NCBI RefSeq assembly: GCF_964355755.1
Contig: NC_092670.1
Span: 38,304,388 to 38,368,387 of the forward strand
Origin: Antedon mediterranea
Lineage: Eukaryota; Animalia; Echinodermata
Length of the DNA stretch: 64,000 nucleotides
Direction of reading: 5' to 3'
In this document: one piece after another, positions 1-15,000 of the stretch
Layout of the letters: each line of letters starts with the position of its first letter
How positions within the stretch are numbered: the stretch's first letter is position 1
Notes under the pieces: generated by a model
What the model was told of the DNA's origin: nothing
What the model saw: the letters and a program-made list of their open reading frames with translations, nothing else
The model's database searches: none
Position numbers and translations under genes: made by a program

Positions 1-70
1 TTTCATATTGCTTTGAAGTTCAGTCTTTTGGGTGTCACATCAACCATGTTTCTAATAAGATGTCACTAAC

Positions 71-3000
71 CTTCAGAGTTACAATCGCAACATATGTGGT
101 TGCCAGGTAATTTAGTGATTTCGGTTACAATATTTTGGGTGAGCTCTTGTAGACTGTTCTTTTTGGTATCCCCATCAAAGACTACTTCTAAAGCGTTCTT
201 TTTACTGTTATTTAAAACAGAGATCCATTCTGTCGCCTCTTCTTCGGTTTCAGCCATAAAGTGGTAGGTTCGATCACCTTTAAAAAGAATTATTAACATA
301 AAATTATTGTTTTTGTTTCATAATTCATCAATTATCTTCTAAAAGTAATAACTAATTACGAACTAAATAAACACTGTAATTATACTCATTATCGTTAACA
401 ACAGTTTTGAAAAATCTGTCTAGACTATCAAACTAGTTTGACAAAAAAGTGTGATATGTCCAAATATGGTAGTGATATATCCAAATATGGTAGTGATATG
501 ACATCATCATATCCATATACATGGTCACATCACATTTTTTTGTCACATAAAGTTTGATAGTGTAGACAAAGCAGTACTGTTTGCACAACAGTATTCTGAC
601 TGGCAGTTATCAATATTTTTACTTATGTCAACATAATTTAAAGTGCTTAAGTGAAATACTGAGGCTTTATTTATCAATTCAGTTCCTTTTATCTTGTAAT
701 GGAGTTTATCTTCTAAGATTTAAGAAAAAAATGCGTACAAAATATTTCATTGCATCGTTTTGAAAACTAACTAAAAAGCAAAATCATTGATTTGAAGTGT
801 ATTAAATCTGACCTCTGGTCAATAGAGCTTCATAAAATTAAATTCTTGACTTAAAATTTTTAATTAATGTGCCCCTCAAATGGAAAATTGTAAATATAAA
901 GATTAAGGAGCATTTTAAATAGTTCAAACCTATATTTTACAAAGGACGGAACTGTAGGAGATTCACTTTTTACATAATTAAATATTGGAATAGTTTGCCA
1001 ACTGAAGTTGTCAATTCTCAAACCGCCAACACATATTCAAGGGTACCAGATATCTGGAAACAACATTTTTTCCATCAGTTACACTCCATCCCCTTTTCAA
1101 TTTAAATTTCTGAGACTCCGATAAAGAGGGCTTTATTAATGTTTTAACATTTAACATTTCATAATCATTTATTTATGATATTACTATGTTATTATTTAAA
1201 AACCGATTAGATTCGTTGTAGACATGGGGTTAAAAAGTAAAAAGGCGCACACCGTCTAAACATACCCATTATATCTAAACTAGAGTAAAAAAACTAAAAT
1301 ACCAATTTATACTTCTGGTAGGTTGTCCTTACATAACAATTATATTGCAAGAATTAAATGAAAACTTACGTGCAACTAAATCAAAATATTTCTTGCTAGA
1401 TTCCTCCTTTGACGGTTTCACTTGGCACGTTAATAAATTCAGTTTTACGGGATCCTTTGTACTCGTGGAGTGTGCTATACTAAGATAGCCATCTTTTACT
1501 GTACATTTACGTTTCTGGTATAGACGCATTCCTTTTTCTGCTTTTTTGTGGAGGAAACCATCCTTGAAGGTACCATGGGAGACATCCGTCTCCAGTTGAT
1601 GTAAAGTATATCCTTGTTGTGTCTACAATCATAATTATATCACCAGCAATTCAATTATAACCTTACATAAATTATATTTGTTTATGCTCTTCTCCTAAAC
1701 TTATGTCTACCATATCAAACTACAACATTTTACTTCGTAAAGGTGTAGAAAAAAAAGTGTGATGTGCCCAAAAATGGTAATGATATGCTCAAATATGATA
1801 GTGATATGACATCATCATGTCCATATTTGGGCACATCACACTTTTTTGTCACATAAAGTTTGATAGTGTAGACATAGCTTTACTTGGTTTGCTTCAATAC
1901 TACTAGATAACCTCAAGACTTACATCTCTGCCTAAAGAAGTCGTCAATGAGCCCTTAAGTGTCGTTCGTAAGCCTTGTAACCGTCGTTTTTCTTCATCTT
2001 GTTCTGTCTTGATTTTCTGCAGTTGTGAAGAGAGCGTCTCCATATAGTTACGAAACGTTTCTACAGTCTTTGAACCTTCTTGATAAAAACTGTAATGGAA
2101 AATGAATGAAATTTGAATCTTGATTGAAGATTATAGTCTTCAAAGTAAAATAGAGTATATAATATGATGATAGTATGATGAATTCAGAGTGGATAAGCGA
2201 TTAAGGCAAGGGCACCACACACCATTGTCAACAAAGTGGAACAGGTTCAAAAGCTCTCTTGACCATCAAGGACTTAGAGGTACAGTGGACACGTGTGTCT
2301 CATGTGCACTTTAAACAACCCAGTTTTGGGAGAGTAGGAGGTTACTCCGGTGTACTGGTCCATCTCGGCCAACGTTGTTTCATTGTGGACAAACGAATGA
2401 GCTGTATGATAATAAATATTGTTGTGTACATCATCCACAACTTTGTGCAATTATTCCCACAACATTTACAAGATAATGATAACAAAGATGACGATAACAA
2501 GTTACTTACTTGCTCTGTGCATGGAAGAATTCTACCAAGTGTTGTACTAACTCTACACTTTTCTTTGCTTTAATGTCATTCACCTTAAGAAGGTACTGTA
2601 AAAACAACAACAAAACACTGTCATCCTTAATCAATATCAAAACAATAATTTTCTAGCTAAATATATCTCTAACTAATGCCTTGAAGGAAGCACTTGTACA
2701 TTCCAAATGAAAGGACTCTAAACCTCTGTCTACACTATCAAACTAGTTTGACAAAAAGTGTGATGTGCCAAATATTGTACTTTTTGTAGTGATATGGGCA
2801 CATCACATTTTTTGTCCCATAAACTTTATTAGTGTAGACAGAACTTTATAGCTTCCAGCAAATAAAGAACAATATAATGTACTATTTACATACTCTAAAA
2901 TTAATGAATGGTTTTTATAGTATCTGAACTTTATCTAGAATTTACAGTAGTTCAGTTAATCTGTTAAATGACATACCTCACACATGCAGTGTTGAAACAT

Positions 3001-6000
3001 TCTTCTTTCTTTCTCCATTTCTTCAGCAATCTAAATATTTATATATATAGATTTTTTTTATTCAAGTTATTTTCAAATTCAAGTCATCATTGCATACAAA
3101 AATAACAATAAAACATTAAAGGCAGCAACCAATATAACTAAAGCTCTGTCTACACTATCAAACTTTAACTGACAAAAAAATGTGATGTGCCAATATATGG
3201 ACATGATGATGTCATATCACCACCATTACGCATATCACTACCATATTTGGGCATATCACTACCATATTTGGCCACATCAAACTGTTGTTGTCAAAATAGT
3301 GTAGAAAGAGCTTAAGTCATCATTGCATACAAAAATAACAATATGAAATACATAGCTTTAAAGGCAGCAAAAAATAAATCTAATATAAATTCCCTCTATT
3401 ACATAAAAACCAAAAATAAAATAGTATTTAAAAAACCAGATTTCATGCGGATTCAACCATTCACAATCATTATTTAAATGCTTGTTGTAAACTCTCAGTT
3501 AGAGATTTATTACTTATTACAAAGAGATGTTTTATATTTGACAAGTTACAAAATCACACACTTAACCTATAGCAGTAAGGAGATACTTGAGTGTATTTGA
3601 TGAATTACAGAACATGAATAAAGACAAATAGAATACCTCAGCTCCAGTAACTTCTGTTCTTATAAGCCCTGCGTCTTTAGCTTGTTGTTTCTTCTCTTTC
3701 TCAATCTTTGAACTAAATTTAAAAAAAATCTCTCAACATTTATAAATTACCGTAAATCTTCTAATAGTAACCCACACTCTAATAGTAACCCCCTTCTAAT
3801 AGTAACCCACCTTTATATCAGTCAATCTATAATAATAACCCACTACTCTAATAAGACTCCCATCGGGGTTAATATTAAAGTCACAAAAACTATTGACAAA
3901 ACGACATTTATGAAGACTGGTCATTTATGATGCAGCCGTATTTTGAAAAATAAGGAGATAATGCATGTTGATCTCAGGAGTGGGGGAGGATTGAGTGTTT
4001 TTGAGTTTATAAAATAAAGTTAGAGTGCAACCAAATTTGTTTATTAATACTGTTTTATTATTTTGCTATGAGTTGCTGACCGGAAAAGTTGGGGGTGGGT
4101 TACTATTTTCAGGTGCCTAATTTAAGATTAGTAATAGTAACCCACTACTCTAATAGTAACCCACCCTAAAATAATAAAATAACTTACAAATAGATTTACG
4201 GTAGTAAATTTCAGTAATTACAGAAGAGTTTGGAATTTCTCGGCATGATTGTTACTTAAGTCTTGTCTACACTATCAAACTTTGTGTGACAAAAAAATGT
4301 GATGTGCCCATATACGGACATGATGATGTCATATCACTACCATATTTGGGTATATCACTACTGTATTTGGGCACATCACACTTTATTTGTCAAACTAGTT
4401 TGATAGGTAGACAGACCTTAAGAAAAAACCTGAAATGATGGAATTTATTCTAAGAAATAAATAAAAAGTAATAACTTACAATTTTGTATCATACTCTTTC
4501 CATGCCTTTTCAAATGGCTTCTTCAAATCACCTTTTTGACCTTTGAGGTCACCCTTCAAAAGAGCATCTAATGGGAACATTATGATGTTGTTTATATTCT
4601 GAACCTAAATTAAGAAACAAGCAAATATAATAGGAGTACTGACATTAATATTTATGCTCTTTTATCATCATCTCTGCCAACATTTGATTCATGCGATAGA
4701 CTCATACAGATATTTACCCTTTTCTGCTGCTTACTGACTGACTTACTTCTGATACAAAGTTGCTAAAGTAGGATACAACGTTGTGTATTTTGAGACACGA
4801 TATCATCATCATAACAAAATAATTATTACCATTAATTAAAAAACAATCATATTGCAAAATAATAATAATGTTCAATTTATATAGCGCAAAATGCAGGGTG
4901 CCTCTAAGCACTGAACAATCAACAGAAAAAGTAAGAAGCATATGATGAATGTGCAAAATCAAAAGGTGGGAAAACAATTTTTCACCAGTGTCACAAAATA
5001 TAATATCTCCCCATGAAATCATTAACAAACTGCAGTACACCACAACTACTGCAGTAACTGCAGTAGAATATTTCTAACAAGATCCCTTATCCACTTACAT
5101 GTTATAGGTATAGTATCTCTAGAGGCGTAACTGACAATATTAACAACTGCATAGAAAGCAATGCAGAGGATTGTAAACATATCATGCAATACACACAATT
5201 ACCATATAAGGTATCTTAACAAAAAAATAAATAAAATTATTCTATTCTACCGCATTAATATAGGATTCTTAATTAGTTTTTATTTGTTATAGTACTACTA
5301 CCCTTTGTTACAGGCGTATTCATGGAAATCACTATCATATTTGGGCACATCACCCTTCAAATTAATTAGAGGGGCTCCTGAATCCTTTTCAATTTTAATA
5401 CCTTGTCATTTTTACACCGTGTTTCATAACATATTTTTTTTGTGCAATTATGTGTGTGTACATAATACATTATATTGTATATCTATTTATTATTTTACTA
5501 ATAATTGTTAATCTTCAAGAAGAATTTCTGTTGTTATTTTATGATGATGATGGACAAATAAAGCATTTCAGTATTTAGTATAAAGTTGAGTCATTGGTGT
5601 AATTACAGTAGTATTATTTCACCTGTTCCTTCTAGAAAATGTAAAAATTCCAAATATAGCACTATTATTAATAGTACAGAATTCATTACTAAAATGCAAT
5701 CTTGATGAGTTATTTTTTTTTGTTTTAGATAAAAGATGTTTAATATTGATTTAAAAAAAGATTAATTATGGATTTAAAACCACATTATTTGAAATTTATG
5801 ATGTCATAAAATGTCTAATATAAATAACATTAATGAATCGTTTGGAGAAAAAAACTGTGAATATTGGAAATTATATTTTAGGAATCTAATTATTTAAAGG
5901 CTCGCTGAAGGGGTAAAAGGGATAAGCTCAACAAATACCAAAAATCTAATGAAACATTAAGTTCTAAATTATTTTGCATATTGTAACATTTGTACTCTCT

Positions 6001-9000
6001 ATGTTATTTACTAATGTGCACATGAGTTGTGCTTAGTTTATGTACATGAAGCAAAGAACTTATAACACAAGAATCTCCTGTTCGTCCGAAGCGCGTAACA
6101 ATTTCGAAAGGCATTGTGGGATAGAATAGAGCTATGGGTGGCGCCATTGTGAGCCATGGAGTAGGGCGCCCGCATCAAATTAGAAAGTCAAAATCATGGA
6201 GGGGATCTGCTAATGCTCTAGGGGGGATAGAGTAATTGACTGAGGAGTAGGGCGCCCGCATCAAATTAGAAAGTCAAAATCATAGAGGGGATCTGCTAAT
6301 ACTCTAGGGGGGGTAGAGTAATTGACTTCCTAGTTTGGAGGGGGCGCTGCTCCATGCTGTGAAATGGCGTCGCCCAGTTTGACCTTTTAACCCTGTACTT
6401 CCGATACTGTGTTTTGAATGCAAATTGAAGAACAGGAGATTCTTGTGTTATAAGTTCTTTGACATGAAGCTACAGTACTGTACCCTCCATGGTTGATAGT
6501 TTGTAGTAGTATAGCTTTAAATAATTTTCTTTTTCTGTTGCTTGTTGTGTTTTCTTTCATTATTTTGCTTACTACCTCCGCCAAGGAGGTTATATTTTCA
6601 CCCCTGTATGTTTGTTTGTGTGTGTGTCTGTGAACAGCCTGGAGGCCACAGTTTTTATCCGATTCTCACCAAATTTGGCCACAACGATCTATGCCCCAAA
6701 AGCTCGGATATATATATTTTCCGGGGACATTTTATGTAGGGGAATTTTACAGTAGGCGGAGGTTTGTACTCTCGGAGTACCCTCTAGTTTGTTTTATTTT
6801 GGTTGCACCACTAACGACAGTGTGTGCCACTGAGTGATGATCAATAATAAATAAGTTAAAGATTTGGATTTTAAAAAAAACTAATTTATAGGATACTGTA
6901 TGTGAATGGAAAATGCTAGGATGTAGCAATTGTTCCCTGTGGAGAATTGTAAGGAAGTAGGGATTCTATGCACAAGGTTACAAGAATAACTAGGTCAAAT
7001 GTCAATTGATAAAATTGTTGATAATAATATTATTATTGGTCTGAAAATTACTCAGAATTAAAACAGTAATACATGTTTCTATTAAAATATTTCCATTTCC
7101 TTATATTTTGTTCTTATTTAACACGGTATTACAAAATTATTTAAGAAAATAATATTATTATTTTGTTCAGCGATTCTTCATATTGTACAAACATCTTGAA
7201 TATTAATATGATTAATAGTATACTGTAAATAATGAAATATTGAAAATTCATAATAAATCAGCATTTTATGAACAAGTTTGGAACATATCTGGATCAATTA
7301 TATATTGCTAGAAAGAAATATCAAGGTTCAAGCACATCCCACACAGTATAATTAGTATAGTACTATCTGAATATGAGAGCAACAACTACTGTAATAATAA
7401 TATAGTGTATTAGAAAAACATTGTTTTAATATACAGTAAGAACAATGCCAACAATATGACAGGAATGATAGAACAAGTTTAAATTATCACCTTCTCAATC
7501 TTTTCTTATTTCAAATACTGACCAAAAAAACATAGTAAACCCCATGAAAAACAAATAATGATGATTGAATCATGTAGTATACAACTCACTACATGGTATG
7601 TCAATTACAAATTGAAATTTTTTTTAACTACTTATTTTAGGGCATGTGGCGCAGTGTGTTGGACGTTGGACTACTTATCGTGAGACCGAGGTTCGAATCC
7701 AACTCTCGCCGCATTGCTTGTATCTGTAGGCAAGATACTTTACTTACGTTTGCCTCTCTCCCCCCAGGTGTATAAATGGGTACCCGGTTAGATCAAGATA
7801 CAACTTTGCGCTGATTACTAGCTGCATTATGGAAGTATGTTTCCATATGTGTTTGATCCAAAAAAAATGACTGGGGTAATAATGTTCAGTGCTTAGAGGT
7901 TTCATTATATTAGGCGCTATATAAATCCAGGATATTATTATTATTATTAATTATAAACACCATTTTTTAGCACAATTCTTTATTTTGCTAATAAACCAAA
8001 ACTGATTTTTTTTTTGCCCCAAAAATAAGTAGTTAACATCAAAATTAAAATTTGTTTAACTGACATACCAAGTAAGTTGTACATTACATAATTCAATTTT
8101 TTGAATGTTTTTTTCAAGGTTTGCAGGGTTTAGCAATACCCACAGCGACAAGGTCGCCACAAGATTGATACATAGACAAAATAATACAATAAACTGTACA
8201 GTATATATATCTTATCTATATACAGTATAATACTGTAGGTTTGTTTTACACAGTACACAGTACAGTATAGATTGCTTGCATGCACCATTTTCCAACATAC
8301 CAAATTTTTCATAAGTGATGCCAGTTCCTTTATGATGACAGAGAATTTTAGAAAGGCAGTACCCAGTTCTGGTTCCTTCTCTTTTGAGAATGCATTCGCA
8401 CCGAGCTTCTCAAGCGTCTCTGACAACGTCATCATGTCATTGACGTGTTCTAAGAAAAAAAAAAAAAACAAAGGGTAATATTGGTTAAAGGGTTGCATGG
8501 CGAATAAACACTAGTACTTAAAATTAGGTTTGTTGAACATCATGTGTCAAAGAAAAAAAGGAAAAAATGCCTTGTCATTTTGGTTATTATATTGTACACT
8601 TACCACTTTTTCCAGAAGATGAGTTATAAGAGGAGAAAGGGCTATTGTTTGTTTATCCAGGTAAGCTAGGCACAAAATAGACATTTTCAATCATACTTTT
8701 TTTACATACCCATTCGAAACCAACCTTTTCTAAAACGTAGTGGTACGATAACAACAAATACAATTGTACAGTACTGTATACAGTACAAAAAAAGTGACAT
8801 GCCCAAATATGGTAGTGATATGACATCAACCTGTCCAAGTATGGGCACATCACATTTAGTGTAGACAGAGCTTTAGAGAAGTTGTACTGTACAGTAAAAA
8901 GAGGAATGTTTTGATGTGACATGTTTAATTTTTTTTCCTCATAAAAACCACCTGCAATGAAATTAGAAAAACTCTTTTTTTTAAATCTATCAGATCATTG

Positions 9001-12000
9001 CTTTTAACAACTACTGGACAAGGATATAATCATAATATTTAACTAAAAATCAGTAATAAAAACTGATGCATATCGCCTGTACGTTATTAGTAAGAATAAT
9101 TCCTGGTTTCTGCTTCAATTGCATACTGATTTAATTGCCTACAATTTGTTGTTCAGAATGTGTAATGAGGAGGAGGCTGCGAAACGAGAGTCTATTCCCC
9201 AGACAAAACGCTGAAATATAAACTAAAAACAGACAGCGCAATTGTACAATTCTGCCATATAGTGATGATTGTAAGAAAAATTGATATTATGTATTCATGC
9301 CTCCATGACATTAGTACAAATGTAGTTATGAATTATTATCATAAGTTAATGTATTGTAATTTATTTTTTTGGATTGTTAATTTCATAAAATAGTTTGTAA
9401 TATTTAATAAAAGTTAATAATTAAAGTTAATGTAAGTTTGATTATTGTCTTCTACTTGTTATACTGTCAATTCTCATTGAAGAACATTCACTATCTGAGA
9501 TTTGATTACAACAAAAAATATTTCTTTTATGTAAATTTATTTGAACAATTCTGTATGTTATTAATCAAAAGGCATATTACTGAGAAAATGACAATGCTAT
9601 GGGTATCAGTGGCTGGATCTCAATGGAGATACAAAAAAAATAAACACTGGCAAAATGACAATGCTGTGGGTATTAGTGGCTGGATGTCAATGGAGATACA
9701 GATAAAATAAACACTGACAAAATGACAATGCTGTGGGTATCAGTGGCTGGATGTCAATGGAGATACAAAATGACAATGCTGTGGGTATCAGTGGCTGGAT
9801 GTCAATGGACATACAAAATGACAATGCTGTGGGTATCAGTGGCTGGATGTCAATGGAGATACAGATAAAATAAACACTGACAAAATGACGATGCTGTGGG
9901 TATCAGTGGCTAGATCTCAATGGACATACAAAATTACAATGCTATGGGTATCAGTGGCTGGATCTCAATGGACATACAAAATGACAATGCTGTGGGTATC
10001 AGTGGCTGGATCTCAATGGACATACAAAATGACAATGCTGTGGGTATCAGTGGCTAGATCTTAATGGACATACAAAATGACAATGCTGTGGGTATCAGTG
10101 GCTAGATCTCAATGGACATACAAAATGACAATGCTGTGGGTATCAGTGGCTAGATCTCAATGGACATACAAAATGACAATGCTGTGGGTATCAGTGGCTA
10201 GATCTCAATGGACATACAAAATGACAATGCTGTGGGTATCAGTGGCTGGATCTCAATGGACATACAAAATGACAATGCTGTGGGTATCAGTGGCTAGATC
10301 TCAATGGACATACAAAATGACAATGCTGTGGGTATCAGTGGCTGGATGTCAATGGACATACAAAATGACAATGCTGTGGGTATCAGTGGCTGGATGTCAA
10401 TGGAGATACAACATGACAATGCTGTGGGTATCAGTGGCTGGATGTCAATGGAGATACAGATAAAATAAGCAAAGTCTAAAACAAAACGATAAAGTAAAAC
10501 AGCCAGAAAAAATTGCAGAGCTTTCAGGTAAAGCTCTGTCTACACTATCAAAGTTTATGCGATAAAAAAAATGTGATGTGCCCATGTATATATTTGTTTT
10601 TATTTATTTTTTTTCGGTATATCACTACCATATTTGGGCACATCACTCTTTCTTTGTCAAACTACAGTAATTTTATAGTTTAGACAAAGCTTAACAGTAA
10701 CACTAACCCTTAAGTTCCTGTAAGTGTACAGTATGCTGTATTATTATCTTAAGTACTACAAATGTTGCTATTTCCATTCACTTGTAAATTTGTTTAGGCA
10801 CATAAATGTCATCAGATTTGTTTAGTGAAGGGAACATTAGTAAAATGATGTCATTAAAAAGATTATATATGTGAGAAATTATTAGTTTGATAACTATTAT
10901 TACTAACTCGGATAAGGACTATAAACCATAGGTCCAGTGTACACATCTAGCTCGTGTGCACTTTAAAGAACCTAGTACATCTTTCGAGACAAGTAGGGGG
11001 TTAGTATATCACAGCCAATGATCATAACTGGGCCCTCTGGGAGACCAGTCTTTGACTGAAGAGGTTACCCAGTAAAAATATATATTTCAATCAATCATAT
11101 CTTTACCATTGCCACTACTTTGAATAGAGCGTATGGACCTCTTCATCTTGGAAAGGCACCCTCTGTCTGTGTCCAGAGCCTAAAATAATAAGGGAGAAAA
11201 AAAATGTTTAGTTAAATATTCAAACATGGAAAGACTGTGTGTCAGATAATTAAAAAATGCACAATATTAACAATAACAGCCAGATTACATCAAATTTATT
11301 ATAAAACAAATTTGAATAAAAAATGATTATTCTTTCCTTTTTGATGCCATTCCAATAAAATAAAATAATAATTGAGGCCTACAGTAGCGCATTATGCAAG
11401 AGCTGTGAGGCACTTACAGTACTGTAGCAGTAACAATTATAGGCCAGAAAACTAAGAAAATTATATGAGTTAAAAAGGTGGGTTTTTATAGCTGCTTCTA
11501 GTTTAAGTTGCCTGATGAACTAGATTATACAGACCTCTCAGGAATAGAAATGTAGACCGATGAAATTATTGTGAAATAAAAGCCGGTAAGAAATGTCAGA
11601 CAAAAAGAAAATAATATATCAAATAAAATACAGTATTGAAATTGAAAAGAATACAGTAGATTGGAAAGGATAGAAAACAGTGATGTTGTTTAAACTCTGT
11701 CTACTGACTGTACACATGACAAAATATGTGTGATGTGCCCAAATATGGTAGTGATATGCCCAAATACTGTATGCTAGTGATATAATATCATCATGTCTAT
11801 ATATGGGCACATCACATAAAGTTTTATATTACATAGCCTATGTAAATACGCTAACGTGATTGGTTGAAACTGCATCACATGACTACCGCTGCGAGGATCG
11901 TAAATCGTATATATCCTCGAGAACGATGATATTGACTGTGTAATTTTCGCGTAATTATCGTGTCCCCTGTCATTAAACATATAGATTCTCGAGTACGATG

Positions 12001-15000
12001 ATATTGACTGTGTAATTTTCGTGTGCCAACACTCGCGTTGCCGATAAATAAACAAAAGTCATCTACTCGATCTTGAACTCGGGTGGAATTGTCACTCCGA
12101 TCCATCGCAAGACAACGCTTCAACCGCTGCGCCACTGAACTTGCTTGAAGAAATTAATCTTCTAAACTATTTAAGCTATGCATACATAGCGCCCTCATTT
12201 GTTATTAGTCCATCCTAAATGTGATGAAACACCGTTTGTGATTGGTCAATACTCGCGGTGTAGTAACCTAGTAACTAGTACGCGCTGAACATCCGGTGAT
12301 TCGGCTCCTCGAAGAGAAGTTAAGAAGACGAATTATTTATTCGGCCTACCTGATTATAATATTATTATTAATAGGCTTATTGATGGAAATTCTTCTGTTA
12401 ATTTAAACGACCTAGGCCTAAGTGAATATTTTATTGCCAAGGAATCATTAATTAGTAATTATCTGTATATTATTCTTCGCAAGGTAAGGTGTCTAGGCAG
12501 GCTTGTTTAAATACAATTAATACAAAGGAGGCCTAGTCTAGCTTCACCCAACCCAGCAGACTTGTTCTTGGCTATATAATATAACAGATATTGCCTTTTA
12601 TATCGGTTAAATATAAGATTTGACATCCCCTCGGGAATGATATTAAGTTCTCGGGGAATATATATTTCCCTCAGCTGGCGCTTCGGGAAATATATATTCC
12701 CTCGAACTTAATATCATTCCCTCGGGGATGTCAAATCCTATATTTAACCTCTAAGCAGTCAATATCTGTATAATAGTGTAGACAGAGCTTAACAATATTT
12801 TAATTGGTTTTTCCCTTCATACTCGTCAATGCCCGTATAAGGAGAAAATTGAAAAGAGACTGATGAGTATTTTCAGTGAAGTGGTAGCAATACTCGGTAT
12901 TATCACCCAAATCAAGTACTGAATTAGTCTACTTTTTGGCACAAACAGGTTTTTAATCAGGAAATAGAACCCTATGGTACTACTATCATAACCAAGTTGA
13001 AATTCTCTAATAATATAACCTAAAGCTACACTACAATACATTATCAAACTAGTTTGCTAAAAAAAGTGTGATGTGCCCAAATATGGTAGTTGATATGCCC
13101 AAATATGGAAGTGATATGACATCATCATGTCCATATATGGGCACATCACATTTTGGCATATCACGTGTAGACAGAGCTTTACAGTATATGCCCAACTACA
13201 GTATCATACATTATAAGCCCACCACCTAATGTAGGCAAAAAATTGGACACAAGACTTCTGGTAAATTCTATTGTCAATGCAATCTGAGTATAATCCCAAC
13301 CCCTAATTTTCCCCAAAATATCATACCTACTGTAGGACTGGGACTACACAGTACATACTCATACCGTAATGTACATATAATTTCTGAAATTGTTCATTAA
13401 TTTAAACATTCATACACTGTACAGTACATTGGCATACAGTAAACAACTACTGTACAGTACATTGGCATACAGTAAACAACTACTGCACAGTATATTGGCA
13501 TACAGTAAACAACTACTGTACAGTATATTGGCATACAGTAAACCACTTCTGTACAGTACATTGGCATACAGTAAACCACTTCTGTACAGTACATTGGCAT
13601 ACAGTAAACAACTACTGTACAGTATATTGGCATACAGTAAACAACTACTGCACAGTACATTGGCATACAGTAAACAACTACTGTACAGTACATTGGCATA
13701 CAGTAAACCACTTCTGTACAGTACATTGGCATACAGTACAGTAAACAACTACTGCACAGTACATTGGCATACAGTAAACAACTACTGCACAGTACATTGG
13801 CATACAGTAAACAACTACTGTACAGTACATTGGCATACAGTAAACAACTACTGTACAGTACATTGGCATACAGTAAACAACTACTGCACAGTAAAAACCA
13901 TAAAATAATGTATGGTTGTTTTACACTGTAAATTTGTTTGTAATCCGTATTTGCTTGAATTCCAAAAATGATAATAGAATGATAAAATGTTTACAGTACT
14001 TTGACTTCCTTATCAACAGTAGTATACACTGCATACAGTAGTACAGTAGTTATTAATATATTTCATTATTATATTTCCCTATAACAACAAATATTGCAGT
14101 TAATTTATTCTTTAAGAGTAGTGAATGAATCATACAGGATTTGATGGTGTCATTGTCACCATTTCATATATTTAGCATAATCATTAAAAAAAATAAAATG
14201 TTAAAATGAAATGCTTTAAAATGTCAGAACAAACACTGTAAAAGGACAATACAGTAGTGAGCATGACATTGACAATACTGTACATCTTTTTTGGGGGTTT
14301 TATTAAAATATTATTAATAATATTATTAGGTCGGTATTTTAAAGCCCATATGCTACTAAATCATTTTCATAATATAGACATATTTTGTAATCTGTGGTGG
14401 ATACAGTAAACAGTGAATATACTGTATGAAGATCCAACTAGAACAATACACAGTAGGATTTGAATAAATACTTTAGCTACGTTCTCAAGTGAACGCAGTA
14501 CTTACAGTACAGTAGTTCGAAAAAGAGTAGGGGATTGTCTCCCGGTGTACAGTCCAATTCACCACCAGAAGAACTCACCAAAAAAATAAGTCCAAAAATA
14601 ACACAACAACCTCTTTACTGTAGTACTGTGTTACTATAGTAACTACAAGTACACACTGTACAGAATACTAACTTGACATTTAACTGTATCAATAAAATTG
14701 GAAACAAACTGCATGATATAGTACAGTATATTAATTTTAAAGTAATAAAATCATTCTTTATTTACCAGTACAGTATACAAATAAATAAATAACCTATATA
14801 CAGTATACTGTACTACAAGTACTGTGTACATATATCATGGAGAAACAAACGGCATGATATATAAAACAGTACAGTATTAATAAAATTGTCTTTTATTTAC
14901 CGGAATATAAAAGACAATGAATAGTAACTATTTTTGTACTAATAAAATTAATTTGGTTTAACAAAATGTCCTTCCTTATTCATCATAAAATAATTTGTAA

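Noticed and set aside
7640-7712. Possible tRNA gene (also about 12060-12140, 23962-24040, 40100-40190, 60070-60135)
   Set aside because: A/B boxes are present but there is no complete cloverleaf; each is embedded in SINE or transposon sequence.
10077-10463. 128-aa repetitive ORF
   Set aside because: Product of the 48-bp minisatellite.
9585-10466. CRISPR-like regular repeats (also the other arrays)
   Set aside because: Head-to-tail units without unique spacers, no cas genes, and a eukaryotic context.
13390-13908. Overlapping repetitive ORFs on both strands
   Set aside because: Product of the 33-bp minisatellite.
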